Virus record (IMG/VR): IMGVR_UViG_3300036767_000362
DNA: 64,000 nucleotides
Direction: 5' to 3' (one strand)
Source of the DNA: a virus
The notes under the pieces are model-generated. The model was not told where the DNA came from. It saw only the letters and a list, made by a program, of their open reading frames with translations, and did no database searches. Positions 1-9,584 of the stretch are shown piece after piece. How positions within the stretch are numbered: the first letter of the stretch is position 1; each line of letters starts with the position of its first letter. Made by a program: the position numbers and the translations under genes.

Positions 1-179
1 ACTTCTGTTCTTAAATCTTCAACATCTGCACCAAACCCTTTAATCATATTTACAAATTTGTCAGTGCATAGCATTGCATATAGTAAATGCTCTACAGTTA
101 CGTATTCATGCTTTAACTTTTTAGCATCAACAACTGCTTTATCAAAAACTAATTGTAACTCTTGACTAGGCTCTACCAT
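1..179 (-). CDS. clpA: ATP-dependent Clp protease ATPase subunit ClpA, N-terminus (runs off the window)
   Basis: Manual translation MVEPSQELQLVFDKAVVDAKKLKHEYVTVEHLLYAML matches the Clp N-domain H-E-Y-x-T-x-E-H-L-L signature; the start overlaps the end of def. Confidence 0.8.
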   Translation of the reverse strand, partial: MVEPSQELQLVFDKAVVDAKKLKHEYVTVEHLLYAMLCTDKFVNMIKGFGADVEDLRTE

Positions 180-687
180 GTTCTAATTCCTTTATTGCTT
201 TTTTTTGCTTCTTTAAAGCCATATCTAATCTTAATTTACTGACTCTTGCAGGATTAACGAACGTTATACCCTCCAAATGGTCGTATTCATGCAAAAAACA
301 TCTTGCATCATAACCACTAAACTCCATTATACACTCTTTTTGTTTGCTGTCAAGGAATTTAACGGTAACCTTTTCTGGTCTTCTAACTTTAATCCATAAT
401 TTTGGAAAACTAAGACAACCTTCTACATCTTCAATTTTATTAAGACTTATTTGCTCAATTGTAGGGTCAATTATAGCAAGAGGTTTAGTAATTCCTTTAG
501 TTCTTTTTGGAAATATTGTAAAAACTCTTGCATCTAAGCTAACTTGATTTGCCGCCAGGCCGATACCATCATTATTCATCATAATAGATATCATTTCTTG
601 TTCAATTTTTTCAGAATCCAAATTTTCCCAGTCAAAAGGTTTAACTTTTTTGTCTAAAAATTCATTTGGATATCTAATTAGTTCCAT
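166..687 (-). CDS. def: peptide deformylase
   Basis: All three motifs present: GIGLAANQ, EGCLS, HEYDH. Confidence 0.95.
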   Translation of the reverse strand: MELIRYPNEFLDKKVKPFDWENLDSEKIEQEMISIMMNNDGIGLAANQVSLDARVFTIFPKRTKGITKPLAIIDPTIEQISLNKIEDVEGCLSFPKLWIKVRRPEKVTVKFLDSKQKECIMEFSGYDARCFLHEYDHLEGITFVNPARVSKLRLDMALKKQKKAIKELEHGRA

Positions 688-1522
688 ATTTTATTCTCTG
701 TAAAAGTTTTAACATTTCCGGGTCGTTTATGTTAGGTATTTCAGCTTGTACTGTCATATAGATATTACCTCTGCTTCTTCCGTGCAATTTAGGTAATCCT
801 TGCTCATTAATACTTAATACTGTACCTGGTTGACACCCTTTAGGAATTGTAATAGCTAAATTTTTGTTATCTATTGTTCTTATTTCTTTTTTAGTTCCTA
901 ATAATAAATCAAATACACTTACTTTTTCTATACAATGTAAATTTGCTCCGTCTCTATGCCATTTTCTATGAGGAGCTACTCTAATTCTAACCATTAAATC
1001 TCCTCTATGTACTCCTGCTATTGAATTATCACCAAGAGCGGCAAATTTTATTGTAGTATTGGATTCTATTCCAGCAGGTAATTCAAGATTTACACTTTGT
1101 TGTCTTCCATTAGACAATCTATAAGTTGCAATTAAAGATTTACCACTCATTACATCTTCTAAATCTATTGTAGTTTGAATTGATATATCTTTATTTCGCA
1201 TTCTTTGTCTTCGTCCAAAAGGACTAGGCCCTCCTCCAAAGAAATCATTTATTACATCACCTATATCGTGAGGGAATCCACCAAAGTCGCCACTAGTATA
1301 GGTTCTCGTATAACCTTGTTGTCCAGTTTCGCCGAACTGGTCATACGTAGTTCTTTTTTGAGGATCTTTAAGGGTGTCGTATGCTTCGTTAATTTTCTGA
1401 AACTGTTGTTCGTCTCCACCTCTGTCTGGGTGGTGTTTCATAGCTTTCTTTTTGTATGCTTTTTTTAAATCGTCTACAGAAGCCCCTCGTTTAACACCTA
1501 ATATATCATAGTAATCTGCCAT
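674..1522 (-). CDS. DnaJ/CbpA-type co-chaperone without zinc finger
   Basis: J-domain DYYDILGV...HPDRGG, G/F linker and C-terminal domain; likely start is MADYY at 1522. Confidence 0.9.
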   Translation of the reverse strand: MADYYDILGVKRGASVDDLKKAYKKKAMKHHPDRGGDEQQFQKINEAYDTLKDPQKRTTYDQFGETGQQGYTRTYTSGDFGGFPHDIGDVINDFFGGGPSPFGRRQRMRNKDISIQTTIDLEDVMSGKSLIATYRLSNGRQQSVNLELPAGIESNTTIKFAALGDNSIAGVHRGDLMVRIRVAPHRKWHRDGANLHCIEKVSVFDLLLGTKKEIRTIDNKNLAITIPKGCQPGTVLSINEQGLPKLHGRSRGNIYMTVQAEIPNINDPEMLKLLQRIKYGTN

Positions 1523-1598
1523 AATAGTAATATAACAACTTTTTACCAAAAAGTCAAGTTGTAAATGTATTTAAGTGGATTTTGATATTGTTTTTTGA

Positions 1599-1949
1599 TT
1601 ATTTTTTGTTTTTAGGAAGAGAAGCGCCGGGTTTTCCAACGTATAAACCAAAGAATGCCGCGCCGGCACCAACAATAGTTGATATAAACATTGCCTGAGC
1701 ATTTGTTGGATCTACTAAACCCATAAACCAGGTTACTGATTTATAAAAAGCATAGATGTATGCCAACATTACTAATCGAGGTATAAATCTAAACTTGTCA
1801 ATAAGACCTGCTGTTTTGTTGTACCAAGTAGGTGCTTCGTCGCCTTGGTCGGGTACAAGATCAGTTTTAGCAAGTTCATATTCTTCTGTGGTTCTTTTAA
1901 CTTTAACTTTATCTTTAGAAACTAACATATCTTCTTTTAATTCAGCCAT
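1599..1949 (-). CDS. two-TM membrane protein, possible holin
   Basis: Two hydrophobic segments and a basic C-tail; last gene of the lysis cluster. Confidence 0.4.
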   Translation of the reverse strand: MAELKEDMLVSKDKVKVKRTTEEYELAKTDLVPDQGDEAPTWYNKTAGLIDKFRFIPRLVMLAYIYAFYKSVTWFMGLVDPTNAQAMFISTIVGAGAAFFGLYVGKPGASLPKNKK

Positions 1950-1951
1950 AA

Positions 1952-2542
1952 TTATTTTATACCCTCAATCTTAGAATCTCTTTTTCTATGTCCGTTCCAT
2001 GCAAACCAACCGCCTAGTCTTAATGACCAGTATGCTAGGTAGTTCATAGTATAGAAGCCATTGACTTCAATGTTAATGTTTCTGAATAATTCATCCATCC
2101 ATTTTTGGTCTTTAATACCAATAGTTTCTTTTTTATTTTTCTTTAATAGTGTTGCGTACTTGTAACCGTAGTCGTGTACAAGTCCACCAACTAATAATAC
2201 CCCAACTGGAGAGAAAAAAGTTCTTAAGAACTTTGGAATACTTGCACCATCAAATTGGAAACCTTTAGGGATCACATAATCTTCACCATTTATGTTGTAG
2301 TGCCAGTCTTTTGTAGTAACCCAGTTTCTTGTTGATAGTATCCACATTAATATACCTTTAAAAAAGCCTATTCCTTTTGTAGATATTTTAAGTGCTTGTA
2401 AGTGAGGTAGTTCAGTGTATGTAAATTTAAGTTTATTAGGTTTTCTTTTGTCTAATACGTTTATAAGAAAGCCGATAATGATGAAAGCAATAACTAAAGT
2501 CCATTGCCAAAATTTCATTGCAAGTGCTATTATAAATTCCAT
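1952..2542 (-). CDS. DUF1353 family protein
   Basis: IPKGFxFDGASIP...LVHDYGY motif plus an N-terminal TM segment. Confidence 0.75.
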   Translation of the reverse strand: MEFIIALAMKFWQWTLVIAFIIIGFLINVLDKRKPNKLKFTYTELPHLQALKISTKGIGFFKGILMWILSTRNWVTTKDWHYNINGEDYVIPKGFQFDGASIPKFLRTFFSPVGVLLVGGLVHDYGYKYATLLKKNKKETIGIKDQKWMDELFRNINIEVNGFYTMNYLAYWSLRLGGWFAWNGHRKRDSKIEGIK

Positions 2543-2570
2543 GTTTTTCCTTTGTTAATTAACTATGTAG

Positions 2571-2936
2571 TTATTTATCTGACTTCTTCTTGTCTTCAGG
2601 CTCGTAATATTTCTTATATTCTTTTAGTAAGTTATTTGTTTCTTGTAATTTTTGTCTTATTTGTGCAAAGTTTTTCGCTAATAATTCAAAGTCTTTGTCT
2701 GTTAAACCAAACAGTACAGGATCTATTCCTGCCGCTTCTAGTTTAGCAAATACTTCTTCTGCGTTTGCACTTGTAATGACTATCCATTTAAGTTGTTCTA
2801 ACTCTAATGCTGTTGGCATTGGATAATCAAGTTTTTCTCTTGGTTTTTCAATTGAGAATATTTTTATTTTTTTCTCACCACCTATTGAACAACCGGTTAA
2901 AAACACTATTAATACTAATGCAATAATTTTACTCAT
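2571..2936 (-). CDS. o-spanin-like lipoprotein
   Basis: Lipobox FLTG-C; overlaps the upstream i-spanin candidate. Confidence 0.6.
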   Translation of the reverse strand: MSKIIALVLIVFLTGCSIGGEKKIKIFSIEKPREKLDYPMPTALELEQLKWIVITSANAEEVFAKLEAAGIDPVLFGLTDKDFELLAKNFAQIRQKLQETNNLLKEYKKYYEPEDKKKSDK

Positions 2937-3402
2937 AATGTACGTAACTCGGGTTTGCTAAACTTGGGCATTCCGGATTAATCTCCGATCTTTTTGTTGC
3001 TTTTAATTCTTCTTCTGTGTGTTCGGCACCTGATGCCAACTCAACACATCTTTGGGCATTCTCGGCACCTTTGTTTATAATTCTTTCAATTGCTTTTGTT
3101 CTTGCTATTGCTAGTTTGCCAACATCTCTTTTTTTCTTATTAAATCTTTTATCTAATTCATTTAAATCTTTTTTGAAAGTTTGTATTAGTACGTTTAATT
3201 TTTTATTACTTTCCATTATTGCTTCAAAGTCTTCTTTTTGTTGTACTAAAACTTTGTTTTGTTCTGTAATAGCAGTTTCTAATTGTATTTGATTTGCCTT
3301 AAGGATAGCGTTATCTGATCGTAGTTTCATTACGTACATTCCTGCACCCGCAATACCACTGATTATTAGAACTGTAAAAATTAATCTTATACTTCCAAAC
3401 AT
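2929..3402 (-). CDS. i-spanin-like protein
   Basis: N-terminal TM followed by a long coiled coil; lies between the endolysin and the lipoprotein; likely start MFGSIRL. Confidence 0.6.
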   Translation of the reverse strand: MFGSIRLIFTVLIISGIAGAGMYVMKLRSDNAILKANQIQLETAITEQNKVLVQQKEDFEAIMESNKKLNVLIQTFKKDLNELDKRFNKKKRDVGKLAIARTKAIERIINKGAENAQRCVELASGAEHTEEELKATKRSEINPECPSLANPSYVHYE

Positions 3403-3403
3403 T

Positions 3404-3535
3404 TTATTCGCACCTACAATGAACACATACTATAATTTCATATGTTCTGCCATCATAGTCGGTCTGAGTTTCTTTTAAGACCTCACCACAATGTGCTTTT
3501 CGACCACAATTATTACAATATTGCTCTTCCTTCAT
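3404..3535 (-). CDS. 43-aa Cys-rich microprotein, putative Zn-binding
   Basis: Manual translation MKEEQYCNNCGRKAHCGEV...VCVHCRCE; fills the gap between the endolysin and the spanin. Confidence 0.6.
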   Translation of the reverse strand: MKEEQYCNNCGRKAHCGEVLKETQTDYDGRTYEIIVCVHCRCE

Positions 3536-3553
3536 TATGTATGTATTTATTGA

Positions 3554-4015
3554 TTATTCTGTGAGCCCGTTTTTATAAACAGTTTTGCCGTCTTCTTTTA
3601 AAGCTCGTAGACGTTGCATTCGATTAGATCCACGATTATAACTAACATGAACCCATCCTGAATCGGGTATTTCGGGGTTATTATATTCTAAAATTACTTG
3701 GTCGAAAGTACAATTATCTGAAATCCATTGAGCTACATAACGATTAGATGTACCAGGGCATTCAATATCAGCCGCTTGGCCTAGACAATGTTGTGATTTC
3801 CATGATCCACCAATGGCTTTGTTTAATACAGTTCCTCTATATCCTGAATTAATTGCTATTGGACCAAAATGTTCTCTAACTGGTTGAAGAACCATTTCAC
3901 ATAGAAGTTGCATATTTTCAATATGTTCTTCCGTAGGGGTATTATCAATATTTTGACGTATTGCTGTTTGACTTCTTGTAAATTCTTCTGTTGTAAAATT
4001 AGTTGATAGTTTCAT
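3554..4015 (-). CDS. peptidase M15A family endolysin
   Basis: SGYR...SQH..GQAAD...WVHVS Zn-peptidase motifs. Confidence 0.9.
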   Translation of the reverse strand: MKLSTNFTTEEFTRSQTAIRQNIDNTPTEEHIENMQLLCEMVLQPVREHFGPIAINSGYRGTVLNKAIGGSWKSQHCLGQAADIECPGTSNRYVAQWISDNCTFDQVILEYNNPEIPDSGWVHVSYNRGSNRMQRLRALKEDGKTVYKNGLTE

Positions 4016-4727
4016 ATTTTTTCTTAAGCACTATACAGAAGTTCTTGTTTTCAAGAACATACTTGTTTCCATATATAGATATATTATAGTCCCCTATATA
4101 CTTACTTAAGAAAATTATTTCAGGAAATTTATTGAATTCATAGGATTCTTTAATTGATTTTAGTACTTCTTTGGTCTTACCATAATCCAAAAATTCAAAA
4201 AATAATGGATCATGTCGTCTTTTTTTAAGGATTAATGTTGTATCTTCTAAAATTATATCATCAACATAACTATCTTTAAAGAAATTTTTATAATTTTCCA
4301 TAGGTGCTTCACCTATTGATGTTTCATATGCAGTAGGATCAAAAGGAATAACTTCATCTAATGTTTTTGCGTCTGCAGAAAGACTTTTGAAGTTTTTATA
4401 GTATCTAAATTTAAATTCGTTTAAGTTTGTTAATTTTCCTATACCGTCTAATAGTTCTGACACTTGTTTTGCAACTTTATTGTTTCTTTCTAGCTCTACA
4501 AATACTCTATATTTGCCATCAGCTTGTTCTCCACTGCTTTTGTCAGCATCTAATACAAAAGGATATCCTTTTTCTATAAAATTTACTAAATCTAATGCTG
4601 GTTGTTCTCCAAGAACAGAGAAACTAAGAACTACTATATCTTTATCGTCTCCCATTTTTGATTTAAAAGAGTCAATTTCAAATATACTATCAGTAGTAAA
4701 TTCTAAATCGTTTTTTTGAAGTCCCAT
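3999..4727 (-). CDS. conserved phage hypothetical protein
   Basis: 242-aa ORF translationally coupled to its neighbours. Confidence 0.6.
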   Translation of the reverse strand: MGLQKNDLEFTTDSIFEIDSFKSKMGDDKDIVVLSFSVLGEQPALDLVNFIEKGYPFVLDADKSSGEQADGKYRVFVELERNNKVAKQVSELLDGIGKLTNLNEFKFRYYKNFKSLSADAKTLDEVIPFDPTAYETSIGEAPMENYKNFFKDSYVDDIILEDTTLILKKRRHDPLFFEFLDYGKTKEVLKSIKESYEFNKFPEIIFLSKYIGDYNISIYGNKYVLENKNFCIVLKKKYETIN

Positions 4728-5272
4728 TAAAACTCTCCACCAGGTTCTGCAGTAGGTTCTGGTGCTGGTACTGGGTCTGTTGCATCAGCAGGTTCTACTT
4801 GTTGTTCTGCAGGTATTTCTTCTGAAGTTGCAGGTTCTTTTGCATATATTTCTTCTTGTTCGTAACCACTATGTATGCTTCGAATTAATTCTTTCGGCAT
4901 TAAAATTTCTACTAACCAAATAGGTGCTTTGTCTAGCTTACCTTTTTTAGTTCCTGCTCTCATATCCCCTGGTTCTAAAATTTGTCTTGGAACCATAAGT
5001 TCATCTTTTTTGAAATATACTTTGCACTCGTAGTCTGTAAGTCTTTTACCACCCATTGGATCGGGCATTTGTTTTCTAGGCCACATAAAAGTACATGATA
5101 CAAAGTGTCTTTTAATTATTGGACCCGCGGCTAACTCGCCATCCTGCCAATTATCATAAACATATAAGTCTAATTCATCAAGTACTCGTTCAAAGTCCTT
5201 GAGCACCGTGAAAGCGGTGTCACTATCAAATACGTTTTGTACTGCTTTAACTACATCTATTGTATCGTGCAT
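4727..5272 (-). CDS. conserved phage hypothetical protein
   Basis: 181-aa ORF with an acidic Pro-rich tail; ATAAATA motif upstream. Confidence 0.6.
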   Translation of the reverse strand: MHDTIDVVKAVQNVFDSDTAFTVLKDFERVLDELDLYVYDNWQDGELAAGPIIKRHFVSCTFMWPRKQMPDPMGGKRLTDYECKVYFKKDELMVPRQILEPGDMRAGTKKGKLDKAPIWLVEILMPKELIRSIHSGYEQEEIYAKEPATSEEIPAEQQVEPADATDPVPAPEPTAEPGGEF

Positions 5273-5303
5273 ATTAGGTCCCTTTTTTATATTTATCTAA
5301 TGA

Positions 5304-5636
5304 CTAGTTTCTCCTAATAAGGTGAAAACCGTAAACAGTGGGGCAAGGACCACTGATTTCGCCTGGTTTTAAGTTGTCTACATATGTAATAAAATCAGGA
5401 TCCATTTTATTTGCTGGAAATGTTCCTAAATTTCCGCTATTTGCTTTGCCACTAGGACAATCACTATAGATTTTTGCGGCTTGATCAAAGGTATACTTGC
5501 CTGTTCTTATTTCTTCACTAATTGCTCCAGCTAAAAATAGTGCTTCTTCTCTACACATTGTTCTAGTAGAACGTTCTGCTTCTATATGGCTTACTAATAT
5601 ATGACTTGCTCTATATACTCGACCTGGAACTTCCAT
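5304..5636 (-). CDS. parvulin/PpiC-type peptidyl-prolyl isomerase
   Basis: RASHILV, F..AA..YSDCPS...GNLG, GEISGP..T.YGFHLI. Confidence 0.9.
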   Translation of the reverse strand: MEVPGRVYRASHILVSHIEAERSTRTMCREEALFLAGAISEEIRTGKYTFDQAAKIYSDCPSGKANSGNLGTFPANKMDPDFITYVDNLKPGEISGPCPTVYGFHLIRRN

Positions 5637-5956
5637 TAGTCTCCTTTTTCATCAAAATTATTGTATAATGTATATTTTGCTGTTAATTCTTCACCAGCTT
5701 TAATGTCTTTAATTGTTATAAGGTATTTTACAGGTAATTGATGCCAATAACCTTTAGTATTTTTACAGTTAGGGTCATCTGAATGATTATAAAAGGCACC
5801 TAAGGCTGTTCTAATGTAACCATGAGGAAAATTTTTATTTTCTATATGAACTATTCCTAAGACTGTGTCTGCTTCAAAGTCTTTTGTAGCATATAGTCCT
5901 AGTCCTTGAACATTAGATGGTTTAATAGTAAGCCCATCTGGCAATGGCTTGTACAT
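5636..5956 (-). CDS. minimal SET-domain protein-lysine methyltransferase
   Basis: GLGLYA, FYNHSDDPNC and DIKAGEELTAKY SET motifs. Confidence 0.85.
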   Translation of the reverse strand: MYKPLPDGLTIKPSNVQGLGLYATKDFEADTVLGIVHIENKNFPHGYIRTALGAFYNHSDDPNCKNTKGYWHQLPVKYLITIKDIKAGEELTAKYTLYNNFDEKGD

Positions 5957-6051
5957 TTATATTAATCCTTAATTAAAATATTATCAGTATACCGTATACC
6001 ACAATTCCAAGTACTACTGCAATCGCGATCCATCCGGCAACCGTATAAATT

Positions 6052-6687
6052 CTATTCATCATTTTCTTTTAAGTATTTCCAACTTATAGGAAAGTATTTA
6101 CTACACTCGTTAGAGATTTGATTGCAAATGTCTCTTGTTTCTTTTTGCACATCGGGTTTACACCTAAGGTTGCATACTCTAGCAAACGCATACAAGCTAC
6201 CAGACCAAAACCATTCAGTCATCATACTTTGAGGTAAAACCATTCGTGCTTGTTCGGGTGCAACACCCTTATCAATTAATGTATTGTAAAGTATTAAACA
6301 ACTTTGCATTGTTGTTTCTAAGTTATGGTCAACAGTTGCTCCTAAATCAACTGTACCATCAGAACCTTGTTTAGAATTTATAGGTCGTCCTCTCCAAGTG
6401 TCCGGTTTGAATAATTCGGGTGGATAATCTACATAACGTCTACTAACTTCATTCCATATTAATCCAACTTGATGTTTTACAAGTTGTCTTGCAACAAATA
6501 TAGGTGCTTTAATTCTAAATTGTAATGATGCGTGTCCGAAAGGTGACCAATGATTATGTTTAGCCAAGAATGCAATTAGTTTTTCGTCTTTATCTTCAAA
6601 TTGTTCTTTTGTTTTTGCGTAAGATACTCTAGCGGCATTTACGACCGACAAATCAGTACCCATTTTATCTATTAATTCTACGTTCAT
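6052..6687 (-). CDS. thyX: flavin-dependent thymidylate synthase
   Basis: VNAARVSY, HWSPF, FVARQLVKHQ..WNEVSRRY, EQARMVLP. Confidence 0.95.
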   Translation of the reverse strand: MNVELIDKMGTDLSVVNAARVSYAKTKEQFEDKDEKLIAFLAKHNHWSPFGHASLQFRIKAPIFVARQLVKHQVGLIWNEVSRRYVDYPPELFKPDTWRGRPINSKQGSDGTVDLGATVDHNLETTMQSCLILYNTLIDKGVAPEQARMVLPQSMMTEWFWSGSLYAFARVCNLRCKPDVQKETRDICNQISNECSKYFPISWKYLKENDE

Positions 6688-6884
6688 TCTACTTTCCTTA
6701 ATTCTTCATATCTTTCTTGAGCTTCTTTAGGTCCTGCATAAGCTTCTTGCTTATCAACATTCCAATATAAAAGTTCATCTAAAGGAATATGTTTACCCGA
6801 AACAGCACAAACGACATAGTTGCCATCTTTTACTACTTCAAACATCATAGGTTTATATTTTAATTCAGCTAAAACCCATTTCAT
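6684..6884 (-). CDS. DUF2093 family protein
   Basis: G.YV.CAVSG..IPLDEL.YWNV..QEAY, an alphaproteobacterial family motif. Confidence 0.8.
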   Translation of the reverse strand: MKWVLAELKYKPMMFEVVKDGNYVVCAVSGKHIPLDELLYWNVDKQEAYAGPKEAQERYEELRKVE

Positions 6885-6891
6885 AAGAATA

Positions 6892-7806
6892 TTATAGATT
6901 TTGTAATTTAATCATTGTTGCAGATAAGTTAATTTCGGGATCTGCAACAAATGAATGATCCACTAATCCTTGTTTAATAATTAATATTGCTTTCTCTTGT
7001 TTTTGTTCGTCACCAAATAAACTAATATTGTCATATAACCACTTATAAATGTCTTCTATTTCGTCTGGCCTTGCTTGACTACATACTAATTTTCTTGCTT
7101 CGCTTATTTTTCCTGCTTTAAACAGTTCAACCATTTGTAATTTGTAATCTAAATCACCTGTATCTGCTTTTTGTGGCTCAATTAACTTTCCTTCTTGTGT
7201 ATTCATTTGTACAGTATTAATACATTTTCTTAAATCAGGATAAGTTGCTTTTACATAAGTGTCTAATGTGTTAAGATCGGGTGTAACACCTTCTTGCATT
7301 AATATTTCTGCCACTCTTGCTGTGAATTCTGTTTGATCAATTCTTTCTATATGAAAACCTTGACATCTTGAATGAAGTGCTGGTATAACTCTATTAGGAT
7401 AGTTACAAGTTAATATAAATCTTGATGTTGTATGGTATTCTTCCATTACACCACGTAACGCCGCCTGTGCATTTGGACTTAAATAGTCTGCTTCGTCTAG
7501 TAATACTACTTTAAACTCACCAAACGGAATCATTTGTACAAAATTAATGATGTTTGTTCTTACTTCGTCTACGGAATTTGTTCTACTTGCATTTATTTCT
7601 AATACGTCAAGGTCATTAACTTGTAATTCGTTTAAAAGAATTTTTGCAAGTGTTGTTTTACCGATACCAGCAGTACCTGAAAACAAAAGATGTGGAATAG
7701 TCTTTTCTTTTAACCATTGTTGGACCTGTTTTCTTTGATGATCATCTCTAAATACATATTCATCAATTTTTTTAGGTCTATATTTTTCTACCCATAGTTC
7801 TTGCAT
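6892..7806 (-). CDS. sliding-clamp loader subunit (RFC small subunit / T4 gp44-like)
   Basis: WVEKYRP, Walker A GTAGIGKT, DEAD and SRC motifs. Confidence 0.93.
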   Translation of the reverse strand: MQELWVEKYRPKKIDEYVFRDDHQRKQVQQWLKEKTIPHLLFSGTAGIGKTTLAKILLNELQVNDLDVLEINASRTNSVDEVRTNIINFVQMIPFGEFKVVLLDEADYLSPNAQAALRGVMEEYHTTSRFILTCNYPNRVIPALHSRCQGFHIERIDQTEFTARVAEILMQEGVTPDLNTLDTYVKATYPDLRKCINTVQMNTQEGKLIEPQKADTGDLDYKLQMVELFKAGKISEARKLVCSQARPDEIEDIYKWLYDNISLFGDEQKQEKAILIIKQGLVDHSFVADPEINLSATMIKLQNL

Positions 7807-7980
7807 TTAATCAATATTTAAATTTCTATATTCTTGGCCTATACCTGATAAAATTAGTATAACATATAACACCACCCAATACCAACCAGTAATTATACCA
7901 GTTAAATGGAGTACCATTAATGTTATTCCTGTTAGACCTGTTGTGTTAATTCCGGATTTTTTGGCTTCTGGTAATCTCAT
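7807..7980 (-). CDS. small membrane protein (57 aa)
   Basis: Manual translation MRLPEAKKSGINTTGLTGITLMVLHLTG...; a TTGAC promoter lies upstream. Confidence 0.5.
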   Translation of the reverse strand: MRLPEAKKSGINTTGLTGITLMVLHLTGIITGWYWVVLYVILILSGIGQEYRNLNID

Positions 7981-8023
7981 ATACGTAGTATATGATAAAG
8001 AACGATTTTAGTCAAGTGATTTG

Positions 8024-8419
8024 TTATTCTAATAGGTCGCCGCCGGGGCTATATTTTAATCTGGCTTGATACCAATCTTTTGGTTTGTAATTTCCAGTCA
8101 TCATTACTGCTTTGGCTTCTACAATTCGGAGTACCGTTTCTTTTTCGTTTTCATCTGCAAAACTGAAACCTCTTGACCATCGTCCGTGTTCGACTAAGAT
8201 CCAGTCTCCTTTTTTGTATGTGTCTTTATTTTTGTGACCTTTAGAAACTACTTTACACCATCTAGGTTTAATACCTCTAGTGTGTCCATCGTCACTTCCG
8301 ATAATAAGTCCACCTTTGGTTTTTGATTCGCCAAATTCCATGTCAGAGACTAAAACTCTGTCATGGATAGGTGTTATATTGCCTTTAATGAAATATTTTA
8401 ATTTTGGAGGGTCGAACAT
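8024..8419 (-). CDS. GroES-like co-chaperonin
   Basis: PIHDRVLV...KTKGGLII...V..G....K.GD.ILV. Confidence 0.8.
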   Translation of the reverse strand: MFDPPKLKYFIKGNITPIHDRVLVSDMEFGESKTKGGLIIGSDDGHTRGIKPRWCKVVSKGHKNKDTYKKGDWILVEHGRWSRGFSFADENEKETVLRIVEAKAVMMTGNYKPKDWYQARLKYSPGGDLLE

Positions 8420-8434
8420 TAGTATTAGTTAATG

Positions 8435-8773
8435 TTATTTTTTTACAAAATTGCCGTCTGCGTCTTCTACCCACTCGTCTTCTTTTTGTGCGACTGGTTC
8501 TTCTGCTTTTTTAACTTCTTTTTTTGGCTCTTCTGCAGGTGGTTTTACTTTAATATCAGCAACCTTTTGAGGATGATCTCTGTAGTAATCTTCTAATACT
8601 TCTTCTCTTTTTTTAGCAATCTTTCCACCTGGGCCTAATTCATCACCACGTGCATTTACACGAGCATTGCCTACCGCAGGAGTAAGTTCGTTTCTTTTTC
8701 TCAAAAGATCCATATCAACCTGTTTACCTTGCATTGTTTTGTAAACTTTTTGTCCTGTTTGTCTTACTGCCAT
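8435..8773 (-). CDS. phage hypothetical protein
   Basis: 112-aa ORF with a strong AGGAG Shine-Dalgarno (SD). Confidence 0.6.
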   Translation of the reverse strand: MAVRQTGQKVYKTMQGKQVDMDLLRKRNELTPAVGNARVNARGDELGPGGKIAKKREEVLEDYYRDHPQKVADIKVKPPAEEPKKEVKKAEEPVAQKEDEWVEDADGNFVKK

Positions 8774-8802
8774 TTTATTCTCCTAGTATATTATATATGT
8801 AT

Positions 8803-9324
8803 TTAGCGAAGGAACTCTCGCCAGTTTAGATTATATTGTAATGAGTCTATTTTATGGACACCTAATAAGAACAATACGTAACTAGCAACCGAACTTCCAC
8901 GTCCTACACCCCATATAATATTGTTTTCCTTCATAAAATTGACAAGATAATGTAAAAATCTTAATAGGTTTGTAAAACCCATTTCTTTAAATGCTTCTAA
9001 TTCTTCATTTACTCTATTAATGCTATTTTGGTCACCTGGACATATGCTACGAACATATGTTTCTATATCGAAACTCTTGTAACTGTTTGGCATAAACCAT
9101 TCATTTTGTAAAAGTTTATCAAAAGATTTTAAATCAATGTCTAATGATTTATAAAATTTAAGTTGTTGACCTGTACCAGTTAATTCAACGGATTTATTAA
9201 ATTTTTTTGTTTCTTCGTTGTCATCTGCTAATACATTAAACAACAAATCTTCCTTACCTTTATAGATAAGGTCCATTAAGTCATCGGTACCATATTTTGG
9301 TAACCCTAATTTATCAATTTGCAT
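8803..9324 (-). CDS. DNA polymerase III alpha (DnaE)-like fragment, split polymerase subunit
   Basis: RVNEEL..F...GF..LL....LV......I.WGVGRGSSVASYVLFLLGVH.ID motif; only 173 aa. Confidence 0.8.
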   Translation of the reverse strand: MQIDKLGLPKYGTDDLMDLIYKGKEDLLFNVLADDNEETKKFNKSVELTGTGQQLKFYKSLDIDLKSFDKLLQNEWFMPNSYKSFDIETYVRSICPGDQNSINRVNEELEAFKEMGFTNLLRFLHYLVNFMKENNIIWGVGRGSSVASYVLFLLGVHKIDSLQYNLNWREFLR

Positions 9325-9335
9325 TTATTACTATT

Positions 9336-9584
9336 TTAATCTATATTGATAAGATTGTCAAGATCTTTTCCTTGGTCTTTAGCCAATTTATTAGCTTCTT
9401 TGGCTAATCTTGCTCTCAATTCTTCTTGATAATCTGTTATAAAGAAATTAAGTTGATTTCTTAGGTGAGGATTTCTTGCTTTGAAAAATTTACTTCTAAG
9501 TTCGTTTAATTTTTGTTCTAATTGTGCTGTAGAAAATTGTGAAAGGTCGTCATTCAACGGATGTAAATTGTTTATTTGTGTCAT
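9336..9584 (-). CDS. hypothetical protein
   Basis: 82-aa coupled ORF. Confidence 0.5.
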   Translation of the reverse strand: MTQINNLHPLNDDLSQFSTAQLEQKLNELRSKFFKARNPHLRNQLNFFITDYQEELRARLAKEANKLAKDQGKDLDNLINID

